NCBI GenBank assembly: GCA_017654855.1
Contig: CM030333.1
Coordinates: forward strand, 3,596,001-3,660,000
DNA length: 64,000 nt
From: Podospora anserina
Taxonomy: Eukaryota
Direction of reading: 5' to 3'
The notes under the pieces are model-generated. The model had not been told where the DNA came from. It saw only the letters and a list, made by a program, of their open reading frames with translations, and did not search any database. Below are positions 26,701 through 39,058 of the stretch, one piece after another. Each line of letters starts with the position of its first letter. Positions within the stretch are counted from its first letter, which is position 1. The position numbers were made by a program, and so were the translations under genes.

Positions 26701-29700
26701 AGCAGTGTGTGTGCGGATAAGACCGCCCCTCACAAGGGGTGTAGAGTTAAGCCGGGCCACCCCATATTCCTGGGTCGCTTCTCGACCTGGATCACCAAAG
26801 ATGGTTCCTTCACAGACCGCTCGGTGAGGATGTCCTGCGGTTTTCTAAGTAAAGAAACACTCGATAGTGGCCCGCGTCACGCTTCTTTCTGGCTGCCGTA
26901 TCGCTGAGGGCTCTGCAGCCCTATCCACAGCACCCAACGTTCAGTTGGGTAGCTTGGGAAACCTTGGGGTTAAGTCGTCGTAGGCGGTTTCAATCTACAT
27001 GCTACATCTTCATGCTGTCGATCTTGAATCAAGCGGTTTCTCGATCTTCGCAGAGGAACAACAGAAGCATTCTAGAAACACAGAGTTGGCTTCCTGCCAT
27101 CTCGTCGATATTAAAACAACACAGACAGCACACCGTTGCCGGGCTCGAGCACATCAAGGAACCCTCGACCACGGACCCAACGTGATATGCGTCTGTACCC
27201 CGCAGTAAGCTCGGGCGCCCCTCTGCCTGCATAACGCAACAAGACGGCGAGTGAGACATGTGTTCTCTGCTTTCAACCTCATTGCCAAGACCGCTGGCCG
27301 GAGGACGACAAAGACAACGACGATGGCACACGCATATCGGATCAAGGCCTTCCCACAATCCAGACTCTGCGAAGTTCGGCGATACAGAAATGTGCGTGCT
27401 GTTCCTTTTGGGGAGCTGAGATGGAACTCACGTCCATCCATCTCAGCACCATGCAAAAGTCACGTACGGGATGATACCCTGCCAATCGAATCCGGGGGGG
27501 GGAGGGGGGGGCGGCAGGCCGTATACCCTAAGAGGGGCACCGTTATTGCAAAGCTGGTGATTTTAGCCTGGAAGGGCCGATTCGGCGGCGCTGCTAATTT
27601 CCCAGCCAATGGCGTCTACCAATTCACCAGCTAGGAAAACAAGGTGCGGCTGCGTTGATCGTGGCGCACTGCTCGATGGCATGTCTCCTCCCACACTCCT
27701 CTGATCCGCCAACCCAACTGCTACCACCAACCAGCACGAAGCAGCACGCAGCAGGGCACCGGTCAAGACGCTCATGGCTATCGCCCGCAATGTGTTGCGC
27801 CACGCAGCACGCAGCAGCTCGCAGCTCGCCTGATTGGCTTCGCCTTCCTGATTCCTGACGCCTCCAGACCAGGAACCAGTCGTCTGAGACCTTTGGCCGT
27901 TTAACGTTATTCTTTGGCGTCATCTGGCCCACCCCCCGAGCCTCGTCCTTCGCTCTCGCTTGTGGGCCAGAGCGGGTGCTGCTGAGCTTCTCCCCAACCC
28001 ACTATCTGCGCTATCCAGCAGCTTGTGACAGCTTGTCAAGCTCGTCAGGCCTTGGTCTGCCGTGATCCCGAAAGCCAACGCAAAAACCTCCGCGGGGACC
28101 CCTGTTGGCACTTTCTGGGTTGCCTGACCTGGTGCCGGCAGTCCAGTCCTCTTTGGGGAGCTGCCACCGGCGAGCCTAGGGACCCAGGTGAACACTCCGG
28201 AGCTCTCGATGGCAGTGGAGATGGATGACATGCAGCCAGGGGGAAGAGCAAAAGAGAGCCACCGAAAACTAAAGCGCCGACCTGCCTACTGCAGACTGGA
28301 CTTATGGGTGCTCGCTCTTGTCACGACCGGCGCTGCATTGGCACACGAAAATGTTCATCAAAAGATGATTATGCGACGGGGTCTTTGAGAGCTGTCAAAT
28401 CTCAATGTGACTGACAGGGTGCAAGCAAGCCACCTCATGCTATGCCAGAAAAGGGTTGGAGAAAAGAAAAATACGCATGGAGAAGCCGGCCAACCGCTTA
28501 GCAAACGCTTATTCGCGTTCCACAAAGTCTTCATCTCAAAGTTGACTCTTGACACCCATTTTTCTTACCGCTCGACAAATCAGCGGGCTTGGGAAGGTCA
28601 ACATTTAGCATCTGGCCTCGACATCACCACAAACCACCCCTGGTTGACCATCGTCATGGCACGATGAAGTTGAGATGAACCCAAACGCTGGTCTTGCGAT
28701 TTTCCCGCCGTTGGAACGCTGGAACACTGCCATCACAGGGGATGCTCAGACGGTCATCTGGCTGATGAGATCTTGCGACGCAACCATGGGAAACAAGCCC
28801 AAGCAGATGTGCTCCATATGTTTCAATGCGCTCGATCGTGCCAGTGTTTACGCCCAACGTCTGGAGGCTGGGAGGTGTTGAAACAGTTGAAACGTTCGCG
28901 GAGACGGTGAAAACAACGGTTCTCAGCGCTACCCTCTGGCGGTGGAATGTGGGAAGGCCCCCGTTCGCCCGCTTGCTTCCGGAATTGAGCCCAACGGTGC
29001 CCCTCCCCGGCCCTGGACGTCCTTTCCCCTTTGTGGAGAGTTGGTGGGCAATAAACCCACGCCAAGAGGAGATGGCTTTTGTTCCCCTGCGCTGGGCGAC
29101 GTTGCAGCGCAAGCGATGGGCCAAAACCGTCAAGGCGCGCTCCACTCGCACTGCGTCCTGATGTCCAGGAAGGCCTGGTCTCGACAGCGACGAGACCTGG
29201 AAGGCATATTGGGCAATGAGACCCTATCAATGCACGTGTGTTAATCTCCGTGACAAGTGTCGATAGCCTCATCGTCATCATCTCCTTGTTGCCGGCGTGC
29301 TACCGCTATGGTCCAAAACAGCAAAGCGAAGGGGAAACGTCCAAGGAAATCAGGGAACAGCTTGGGTGTGTGGCACACCCTCCCCCGCTCGAGCCAGCAA
29401 GCCATCCCCTGGAGCAGAACAAGGCCCCCTGGACACGCTTGCGGAATCAAGTACCGAAAAGACAACAGCATCCCCTGCGCTTTTGGTTGAGTTGCGTTGA
29501 TGGCCACATTTGGAAGCATCATCAAGCCAGACCTGCCAGGAACAGGTTAAGCACACCAGCAAAAGGAAAGAGGCGTGAAATCACACGGCCAAACTTGGTT
29601 AATGTACAGGCCAGGATGCCGAGAAACACGAGAACGAAACAGATGGGCACATGGGGACATTGGGCCCCCCGATCTCGTCCCAGACTGTCCCAGAGGCGTC

Positions 29701-30752
29701 TCGACTCCATCCTGGAAGAGACCCATCATCCTGTTCGGGCAGGCTGTAAGTTCTGGCTCACAAACATCAGCAAGATTAGAGAAGGGGAGAACACATGCGT
29801 CTGCTGTGCGTCGTGCAGCTGTACAGCTAATCTATTCGGCTGTGGAGAGCAGCAAGCAACGTAACTTGCACGGAAGCGACATGGTTGTGGTATCATCCGC
29901 CTGCTGGTCCTGATTATGACCGCTTCTATTCTTCCGAGAGCCAGGGACAGTGTGTTCGGAGGTGTGGAAGGGGGCAACCAAGCACGAGAGGGAACACGCG
30001 AGCGAGATGCATCTGACATCTTGGTCGGTCGGGTTTTCGGCATGGATATTTACATGCCAGTGACCGACATATGCTCGACTTCCTTACATGGTTGACGGCG
30101 ACAACGAAGGGAAAACACATGCAAAGTTCGGTATGTATACAGATTAAAACTGCTACCTCGAAGGAAAGCGGCGAGAGACGATTCGTTGTCATGTTTCCCC
30201 AGATGGGTTGTGGAAATTCCTTTTCTGGTCAGTACAGGGACCCGAAAAGGGGGCAGCATGAGGTGTTTGGAACCGATCCGCCTACAAGGCATCATCGGTC
30301 GAACAAGACACCGAACCTGCTCCGCACTCGGATAGGAGGGGGGGGGCGGGTGGGGAGAGGTGATGGGAATGCTTGACCAGCAGAAGCAGTGCGTTGACAA
30401 AGGGACTTGGGGTGCCTATCTACATGGGCGATGCTCTTTCTGTATCGATGCCTTTCTGGCCACTCACCATCCTCCACTCTCGCCTCTGGCAGGCAAGGAG
30501 AACAGCTATCACTCATTCTTGTAGCTGTGTGACGGACTGACTCAACAGAAACAGAGTACAGTTGAGAGATAAACAGCAAACCGACAGCGTATGCGACTAG
30601 CTGAACCCCCCCGTTTTTTTGGTTTCCCATGCCTCCCCTTCCCGTCTCGACACTTCCTGCAAAGCTTGCATGTTTAACAGACCGGAACCGACGCTCTCCA
30701 TATGGCAAAGGGTCCTCCGAGCGTGTAGGGGGCGGCGACGGCAGCAACGGGG

Positions 30753-30770
30753 CTACCTACCTACCTACCT
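30753..30770. repeat. (CTAC)n microsatellite
   Basis: ctacctacctacctacct; similar runs near 32812-32858. Confidence 0.7.
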
Positions 30771-31210
30771 TGATACCGGCAAACACGACTACCACTACTA
30801 CTCCGGACAAGAAAGTTTATGACCCCAACTCTCGCTGCAACTCGGATTAATTAACTACTACTATAACTAAACTCGGGTGGTGGCTAGTCCTTTTCCACGA
30901 TGCAGATAGGGATCACGGTGCGCTTCTTTTCCCACCGCGAAGGTATCATGGTAGCAATATGCATTTCTCCCACGTAACAAAAGGGCGAAGAAAGTGGTAG
31001 CCGACCCTGAATGACTGACCTACCCGCCGCCGCCGTCGTCGTAGCAGTCTGGTCTGGCTTGTAGCTAGTGTGCTACTACTAGGCCCGCCCAGATCGGTAC
31101 GACCACCACTGGGGGGGCGTGGTAAAGAAAAAGGGGGGAGTGTGTGTGAAGAGGAGAGGAATGGGTAGGTAGGAGGGGGGCGATGGAGGGACGGAGGGGG
31201 AAAAGGGAAG

Positions 31211-31247
31211 GATGATGATGAGCAGCAGCATGATGATGATGATGATG
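31211..31247. repeat. (GAT)n/(GCA)n microsatellite
   Basis: gatgatgatgagcagcagcatgatgatgatgatgatg. Confidence 0.7.
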
Positions 31248-33619
31248 GGCGTGGAGAAGAATGTCACCCGGCCATCGCAACCCAGCCATCCATCAACCAC
31301 CAAATCGAGGTGGTGGTGTGCGGGCGGCCAATCCCTTTTTTCCCTCCCCTCCCTCCTTCCATCCATCCGCTACGGGCATTTATTTGACAACAGAACCAGT
31401 AAAATGGCCGTCTAGGTACAGTCACACACACACAGAGGTACAGGTAGGCTCACACCACAATGACATATTTCAGTGATAGAGTAAGAAAAAGAAGTGGATA
31501 TTCTCCTTTCCCTCCCTCCCGAACCACAAAAAGATGTCCGTCCGTTTCGGCTTTCCTTGTTTGATACGGGAACCGAGAACCAGAAGAAGCATGGAAAGGG
31601 GGGGGAGGAGGGGGGGGGGGGATAGTAGGGGGGAAAGCCTGGAATGGTCTTTGTTGTTGTTGTTATTCTGCATCATGCCTTTTTGACATTGGAAAGACTC
31701 TAGAACGAACGCACGGAAAATACCGGAAAAAAATTGAGGATGATGATCATGGTGTGTTTTTTGTACTTTTTTTTCTTTTGGTGGTGGTAGGTACCTTGCT
31801 TCTTTTTGTCACGACGTTAGGGTAGTATTTGAAGACCGAAAAGAGAAACACAATCACACATTCAGGACAGAGAGGGAAAAAAATAAACTAACGCAAGCCA
31901 CAAACTGCGGGTTGGGGTGGGGATGCCATGTGGGAGAGATGCATTTTTTGGTGGTTAGTGTTGTGTTGTAGTGTCACACTTGCGGGTAAGAGTAGGTGAT
32001 TATTATCTACATCTGCGGAGAGATTTTTTTTACAATTGTGGGTTGTTGGTTGGGGTTTAAAGGGAAGGGAAGAAGGGACATCATAGCGTGCAGTAGTCTG
32101 ATTGTTCCCTTTGTTTTCTACCGGAGATGTCAAAAAGAGATCTTATTCGGCCACAAAAGGGTTTTGAAGTAGGAAAGGTAGGTGGAGTATCATCAGGGCG
32201 GCCGGGACGAGACTTTTAGCATTAGGGTAATTACCAGACAAACAGACAGACTTGAGGCGTCAGTCACCGGACCTTTTCATGCTTCTTTTTGTTGACAAGG
32301 AACGGCTGGATGCCAGTGTTTGCCATAACCAAGGTACCGCATCTCAGAACCTGCCGCTGTTTACCCTTACTCCCTACTCTTCGGTGCCGGATCATGGGGG
32401 GCTAACTACCTACATATCTACCTACTTACCAATCAGCCCCCCCTTTTCCTCGGCTGTTATGGGACGGAAAAGACTACCTACGTTAAAGTTGTATACCCGG
32501 ACCCAGAGAACATACGTGAAAGGTAAGGCTGATGACGACGGAGGTTTTCCGGAGACGAGTACAACATCTACTTATGCAAAGTGATAGTGTAGGTAAAAAA
32601 AGTATAAGAATAGAATCTCGGATTGTCCGACAGACAGACTGGATAGTACCTAGTAGAATAATTCACATTTATCCGCCGCGGTTACGTACCTTAGAACGAG
32701 TGGGAGCAGAGAGGGAAAAGGGACAAGAGCTGGTAGCGAACAGGTTGCTGTTTTCGTCCTCCTTATGTACAGTTGGCTTTCGGGGGGGGCTGGGAATTGT
32801 GTTCTGCTGAGATACCTTACCTACCTACCTACTCAGCGATCCAGCTACCTACCTACGTACTTACCGACCCGTCTCAAGTTGCTCTCTTTTCAGTCTTCTA
32901 CGATACATCAACGGCCAACAAAGCTTGATAGTGAGGCATACATCACTATCTCGTAACCTCACCTCACGCGAGAACCCCCAAGAAAGCCACCGTAGCATAC
33001 CCGTGTCCGACCTAACTCTCCCTTCCCACTCCTACTCCTCATGCCCACTCATACCTCTCCTTCTACCACAGCTCGCTTGCCCCCAAGGGGGAAAAAGCCA
33101 CCGTAGCAACAGTAGCACTTCCCCGTCCCCTCCATCATATCGTACCATTTCTCCACGTTTTTGTCCCCTCCCTCAAGAAATGTAAGAGTCACAGCCCGTA
33201 GCTGATGCTGTCAGGAACACAGTTCCATTCATCGATCTAACTACCTATGCCACATGACATGCTCAGATTACGCACTTGGATGCATCAGAATCTCATTGGC
33301 AACTTAGCGTATGCCATGCCACCATTCTTTCTAGACATCCCCAAAGAAAATCCAAAGGAATGCATCACACGCACTCTTCAAGTGTTGCCCGCTTGTTGGC
33401 TGGAAGATGTAATGGGTACGGGTATCATCATCATTTGTGGACTTTCCCATTCGACCCTACATACACACCAAACCCAACACAATGCCATTGTAAATCTCTT
33501 TCCATCTAGCTATATTCACCACCAACACCAATGCAAAACCTCCAGTGCCTGAATAACACCCCCCCTCCTCCCCACAAACCCAAACCCAAAAGCTATGCTA
33601 ACCCCCCATTCCCAAACCC

Positions 33620-35911
33620 TCACCTCGGCACCACAAAATCAAAATCATCCTCATTAAAATCATCCTCCTCATCGTTCAACGCCAACCTCACAAACCGCCT
33701 CACCCACTCCTCCTGTCTCGGGTCCAGCTCCCCGTTCCCATCCAGCATCTCCATCATCTCCACCATGTTATGCTCCCCTCCCCCAGCTCCTGCTTGGTTC
33801 TGGTTGTTCTGGTTGTTATTACGACGCTGCCCCTGTTGTGCCTGATTATTAACATTTTGCCGGTGGCCACCACCACCACCCCCTCGGCCACCTCCCCTGT
33901 TATGGCCTCCTTGTCCGCCGGGTTCAAAGCCGGCGTGTCCTCCTCCCCGACCTCCCCGACCACCACCTCCACCTCTCTGTTGATGTCCCCCTCGATGTAC
34001 ACCTCCTCTCCCACCTCGAGCAGCCAACGCACCACCAGCTCCCTGTCTCCCACGCGGACCTCCGCGGGCTGCTGCTACCCCAGCATTATTCCCCCCTCCC
34101 TGCGGCGCTGGCACCGGAGCAGGAGCAGCAGGCGCCGGGTTATTAGCAGCAATCCTCAACACCAGCGGCCCCTCCCTCGCAATCCCAACCTCCTGCGCCG
34201 GACCACCAGCCGGTTGCTGTGGCGCCGGTGGCCGAAGAGGAGGCTGTTGAACCGGTGCTGCGACCGCCGGCCTCCCCCTAACCCCCTGATCCTCCCCCTC
34301 CCCCTCGTCCCCCTCCTCCTCCTCCCCATCCGTAGCCTCCTCAATCTCAGGAATAAACTGCTCAACCCTCTCATCAAACACCACCGCCGGCGCCGGCCTC
34401 CCCGCCCCCCCGCCCGCAAACCCATAACCCACATCCGCCCCATCCCCCAACTCCAGCTCCCACAACCTCATAAAACAGCTCGTCACCCTCCCGTCAGGCG
34501 CCGTGTTGAAATGCTGGTACGGATTCCCCGGATCCAACCACGCAGAGCACAAGTAGCAAAAGTGCGTCTGGCACCGATAGCAAATCATGTGGTTGCACCC
34601 GTGCGTCTTCTGCGCAGGGGCAGCACACGTAGGACAAGGGGTGGTGTGCGCCTTCATGTACTCAATCGTCGCCAGCTCCTCCGCCGTCAGCTCCTCCTTT
34701 GGCCTCCGGCAGCCGACAAACTCCCCGTGCCACGACTGCATGCACCTGCTGCAAAAGGCAAAGCTGCACGTGTCGCATATCGACAGCAGGTCCTCCGTCT
34801 TGTTGTACGGTTTCGACTTTCCGACTTCACCTTCGGGCATCTCTTCGTTGTCGTCGTCGTCGTCGTCGTCGTCTTCAGAGGTCGAGCTTTCGTCGTCTTC
34901 TGATGCGTCGGCGAGTTCGAGGCCGGTAGGTCGTTTATGCCTCTTCGACCTGGCGGCACCGTTGCACCATTGACGGGGACAGTAGATCGTGTTCTTGTCC
35001 GACTCGAGCTCGGTCTTGTATTTGAGCGTCACGTAACGTCTGACGGTGTTCTCGTCGATGGGGATCTGGAGCAGTTCGCTAGGGCTGATGAAGACCTTTG
35101 GCTTTTTCCGCTTTCGACCCGAGGGAGACCGTGACTTTTCACGCTCTTTGGCGCAGTTGGGTGCTGGACATTTGACTGCCGCCAAGTTCCCCTCTTTGAT
35201 GGCGCTGTTGTAAAAATCTTGGAGACATTCGACGCAAAAGACGTGCCCACAGTCCATCATTTTGTGGCAAAAGGCGCCCTTTTTGGGATCCAGACATACA
35301 CCACACTCAAAGGTCCCCTTCTCAAAAGCAGCTCTCCTGGCTCTGATGTCGTAATCGAGAATGGCAATCCTGTGACTCGGGTCAACCTCCAACGCATCTC
35401 CGTCACCAACCAGTCCAAATATCTCCTCGGCCGCCTGTTGTATGTGGTCGATGTAGCTGAAGCCGACCATATCACGGCCCATATCCTCCCATAGCCTCGG
35501 ACCGTCATCCTGGAGCTTCTTGATCGTTTCGGATGGAAGCCATGGCGGATTTGTAGAAATGCTAACCTTGGGAGGTTCTTCCTGGGGGTATCGGGGGCCG
35601 AAAGAAAGTTCGAGCCGTATCGATGGGAGGTGGGCTAGTTCATGGGAGTCAACTTGCGGTTCGCCCTGTTGGCCGCCACCAGCTATGGCGGGGCCGGCAT
35701 GGGGGTTGACGCCATTTGGGGCTCGTCCAACGGTGGGATCTGGAGGTGGACCATCGTTGGAAGCGGTGGGAAAGTAGACAATGACAGGCTTCGAGGGGGT
35801 GACGGGAAGTTCGAGGGCGATGGTATAAGGGTCGTCCTTGTTGGGCGTTTGTATCTCTGGAAATATGGCCTCTAAAGTCTGGAGCTCGGTGTCTCGCTCG
35901 GTTTCTGCCAT
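33620..35911 (-). CDS. ITT1: RBR E3 ubiquitin ligase, RWD + RING1-IBR-RING2 (ITT1/RNF14-like)
   Basis: Single 763-aa ORF: N-terminal RWD (ERDTELQTLEAIFPE..HLPSIRL..YPQEEPP), RING1 CGVC..CGHVFCVEC, IBR, RING2 CPTC..GCNHMICYRCQTHFCYLC. Confidence 0.88.
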   Translation of the reverse strand: MAETERDTELQTLEAIFPEIQTPNKDDPYTIALELPVTPSKPVIVYFPTASNDGPPPDPTVGRAPNGVNPHAGPAIAGGGQQGEPQVDSHELAHLPSIRLELSFGPRYPQEEPPKVSISTNPPWLPSETIKKLQDDGPRLWEDMGRDMVGFSYIDHIQQAAEEIFGLVGDGDALEVDPSHRIAILDYDIRARRAAFEKGTFECGVCLDPKKGAFCHKMMDCGHVFCVECLQDFYNSAIKEGNLAAVKCPAPNCAKEREKSRSPSGRKRKKPKVFISPSELLQIPIDENTVRRYVTLKYKTELESDKNTIYCPRQWCNGAARSKRHKRPTGLELADASEDDESSTSEDDDDDDDDNEEMPEGEVGKSKPYNKTEDLLSICDTCSFAFCSRCMQSWHGEFVGCRRPKEELTAEELATIEYMKAHTTPCPTCAAPAQKTHGCNHMICYRCQTHFCYLCSAWLDPGNPYQHFNTAPDGRVTSCFMRLWELELGDGADVGYGFAGGGAGRPAPAVVFDERVEQFIPEIEEATDGEEEEGDEGEGEDQGVRGRPAVAAPVQQPPLRPPAPQQPAGGPAQEVGIAREGPLVLRIAANNPAPAAPAPVPAPQGGGNNAGVAAARGGPRGRQGAGGALAARGGRGGVHRGGHQQRGGGGGRGGRGGGHAGFEPGGQGGHNRGGGRGGGGGGHRQNVNNQAQQGQRRNNNQNNQNQAGAGGGEHNMVEMMEMLDGNGELDPRQEEWVRRFVRLALNDEEDDFNEDDFDFVVPR

Positions 35912-36777
35912 GGGTACCGAGCTCTTGATGTATTCGGAAAACTATCCCTTCCGCCAATCCACCCGTCTTTGTCCCCTTGTCCAAAATGAGTTATTCTCCG
36001 TGCTGTTGTGCGACTGTCCGGCTTGCTAAAAATAGGCCCGTGATGATCGCGGTCGGTCGTGGATTAGAAGGTGACAGAAGAGGGGTTCCGGACAAGCAAT
36101 TAATCTCGGCGCCTGAAAAAGTATGGCTTTCGTTTGGAAATATTTCGCAAGATAAATAGGACCCGCTTCGTCTTGTAGATTTAGATTATTAATGGCTTGA
36201 AGTTTGCAGATGGGTGGTGGGCTCAGCACGGCATCGGAATGGCAGTCCAGTGGTCGAGCAGAGGTAAACGACGCATGTTCCAGAAGGACCAAAGGACGGT
36301 GACTCCAAAGATCAACCGGGAGGCAAAATACTTGTTTTATTTTTTTTCTTCGACAGGTAGTTGTTGGGTGGAAAGTTGAGGACGACGCGGCAGATGGATG
36401 ATGACTCGTTCGGTGACTTGGACGTTGCACAGTTGCCAACCCGGCATCCCAGCGCTGTGGCACCCCGCCTTTTCCCCAAGCCCACCCACTGAAGAAAGGG
36501 TCCCCCTTGCTCGAGCGGGCTGAGCCGATTGGCCAGCCAGCCTGAAACAGACACGCTGACGTTACCTGCTCGTTGCTTGTTCGAGAGCTTCTGGAACTTG
36601 CACAGTATCAAACCTGCCTTCAACGAGGTCTCTCTCGGGGATAGCTATATTCAAACTAGGTGCCATTCACGGGACGCCGGCCCTTGATAGCTTTTTAATA
36701 ATTGAATAATGCGGCAATAGGACCCCATCTTTACATATTTTCTTTCGTCTCTCAAGGGAACCAACCAAACCGCCAAA

Positions 36778-37664
36778 ATGTCCGACAACATCACCCCCCT
36801 CGCATCTCTATCCCTCACCCACGTGTACTACGTTAGTGATCTCCCACTCGTCAACCTTACCACTCAAGTACTAACACAAACCAGAACCCCAACGACCCCC
36901 TCTCGCACCTCTGCGCCTTCCTCGCCCTCGTCCCCCAAGCCCTCTGCGTCGTCTACGCCACCCTCCTCTGGTCCACCCGCGAAGCCGAAGTCCTCCTAAT
37001 GTTCCTCGGCCAACTAACCTGCGAACTCATCAACTTCGTCCTCAAACGCCTCATCAAAGAAGAACGCCCAAAACACGTCATCAGCACCGGTGGAAAGGGG
37101 TACGGCATGCCATCATCACACGCGCAATTCGCCGTCTTTTGGGCGGTAGCACTGGGGTTATTTCTCATGGTCAGGCACAGGCCGCCAAGGTCCCACATCA
37201 AAAAGGGGCAGATGCAGAAGGAAAAGGCAGAAGGAAAAGAAGAAGGGCCGGCGCTGGTTGACGTGCCGAGACGGTACAAGGAGGGTGGGTTGCGGGCTGT
37301 GAATGCGCATTTGGAGGCGTATTCCCACACGCCGTGGTCGTGGGCGCAGAGGGCGGTGGTGAGCTTGGCTGCGGGGGTTGTGGCGGTTTTGGTGGCCTGG
37401 AGTCGGATTTATCTTGGGTATCATACGCCTAAGCAGGTGCTGGCTGGGTCGGCGGCTGGGGCTGTGAGTGCGGTGGCTTGGTTTGCTGTTACTTATATGT
37501 TGAGGGAGACGGGGTTGTTGGCGTGGGGGTTGGAGTTTCCTGTTGCCAGGTGGCTGAGGATACGAGACTTGGTGGTGGAGGAGGACTTGTGTCAGGCTGG
37601 GTGGGAGAAGTGGGAAGAGCGGAGGATATTGGCTCTGAGTAAGTTGAAGGAAAAGAACAAGTAA
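36778..37664 (+). CDS. CAX4: Dolichyl pyrophosphate phosphatase (PAP2 family)
   Basis: Exons 36778-36831 and 36885-37664 (834 nt). PAP2 motifs KRLIKEERP, GYGMPSSHAQF, SRIYLGYH; C-terminal KEKNK fits a KxKxx ER-retrieval signal. Confidence 0.9.
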
Positions 37665-37973
37665 AAAGGCGGGCATGCTTGAGCGAGGTGTTAATACTTG
37701 GGGTCTAAACTATTATACCATGTGACTGCAGAAAACGCAACGAAGTTGATATTCACGGTCTTGTGTGGATGAGCAATGACTCTTGATTTTGAGTTATGTG
37801 CAAAATACCTATATGTACAAATTGCCCGAACCCCAGAATATCCCTTCTTGGTAAATTTACAAAGTAAATGGAGCTTTTGAGAGCAACGAAAGTAATCCCC
37901 CCCAATATTTGCCGTAAATCACCCCAGCACACTCTTTCGCCCGACGTATCTTACACTTCCATGCTGTTTCCTC

Positions 37974-39058
37974 TCACCCCCGATAGCCTCCCGTGTGTGT
38001 ATTTGAGTTCCAATACCTCGCCGCTGGCTGCGGAGGCGGAAGATTCCCATACCCATTACCGCTCCCATCATACGTATGCCCGTTCCCGTACGTGTTACCG
38101 TTGGCAACCCCATTGCCACTATTAGCATACCCGTTTCCACTCCCGTTCATCAACCCCATATCGCCATTCGCTACCCCAGGCGAATGCAGCGTCTGCTGCT
38201 CATACTTTTGAGCTGCTGCAAGCCCGCCATACCCCTGGTTGCTCGCCACCCTGGTGTTATCAGTCCCATAGCTATTCCTCACCTCATCCGGCGTGGTGTG
38301 AACAGGCAGGGCGTTCGGATCCGGCCCCAAATCTGTTTGGTGTTGCCCGCCTCTTCTCCGACCGAACAGCGCGCTGAAACGGTTCTTTTTCTTGCCGTAC
38401 CCGGCGGTGTAGTCGTTTGCGGGGGACGGTCCGAACCGTTTCTCTCTCTTGCGGTGGCGGGCCAGGGCGAGGTTTACCAGGCAGGAGAGGGCGAAGAGGA
38501 TGCTTGGTTGTGGGTGTCAGTCTCCTTTTTTTCACGACCTAAAAGAGCAAAAGAGTAACAAGAGAAAACACAACAACAACAGCAGCAACAACAATATCTG
38601 TTGGAAAAAACTCACCAAGCAGCAACAGCCACCGAAAAAACCGCCTTCTCCATCTCACACGCGGTCCCATACTGCAAACCCCCCCTCTCAGTCCAACTAT
38701 TCCCCACCCCCAGCACGGTGTCGACCTCGCCCGTGCAGTTACCTACCCCGTGTCTGTTCACCCCGGCGATGTACCCAAAGCAGGGGATGAACGCCACATC
38801 AAGCACCATCATCAGAAAGCTCGGGAATGGGTGGCCCGGGGCGCAACATAGTAACAGAAAAGCGAGGATTGTGTAAGCGGTTGCTGCGCCGGCTATGCCG
38901 AGGACTGCCCGGACGAAGGTCCCGATGGGGAGGGAGTGGGTGCTGAGAGTGGCGAGGAAGTAAGCGTAGACTGCCAGGACGAGGGCCGCGCAGCAGAACT
39001 GGAGGGTGCGGAGGAGGAACTGGAGGGTTTTGAGGGCTGTTCCTTTTGCGGCGCCCAT
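37974..39058 (-). CDS. MARVEL-domain four-transmembrane protein
   Basis: Exons 39058-38616 and 38502-37974 (972 nt). LRTLQFCCAALVLAVYAYFL start, four hydrophobic segments, KRFGPSPANDY motif and a G/N/Y-rich tail. Confidence 0.8.

Noticed and set aside
26356-26907. 183-aa ORF in the vib-1 upstream region
   Set aside because: Non-ATG start, no recognisable motif, composition typical of random intergenic ORFs.
33770-34903. 377-aa ORF on the + strand
   Set aside because: Antisense shadow of the low-complexity ITT1 tail.
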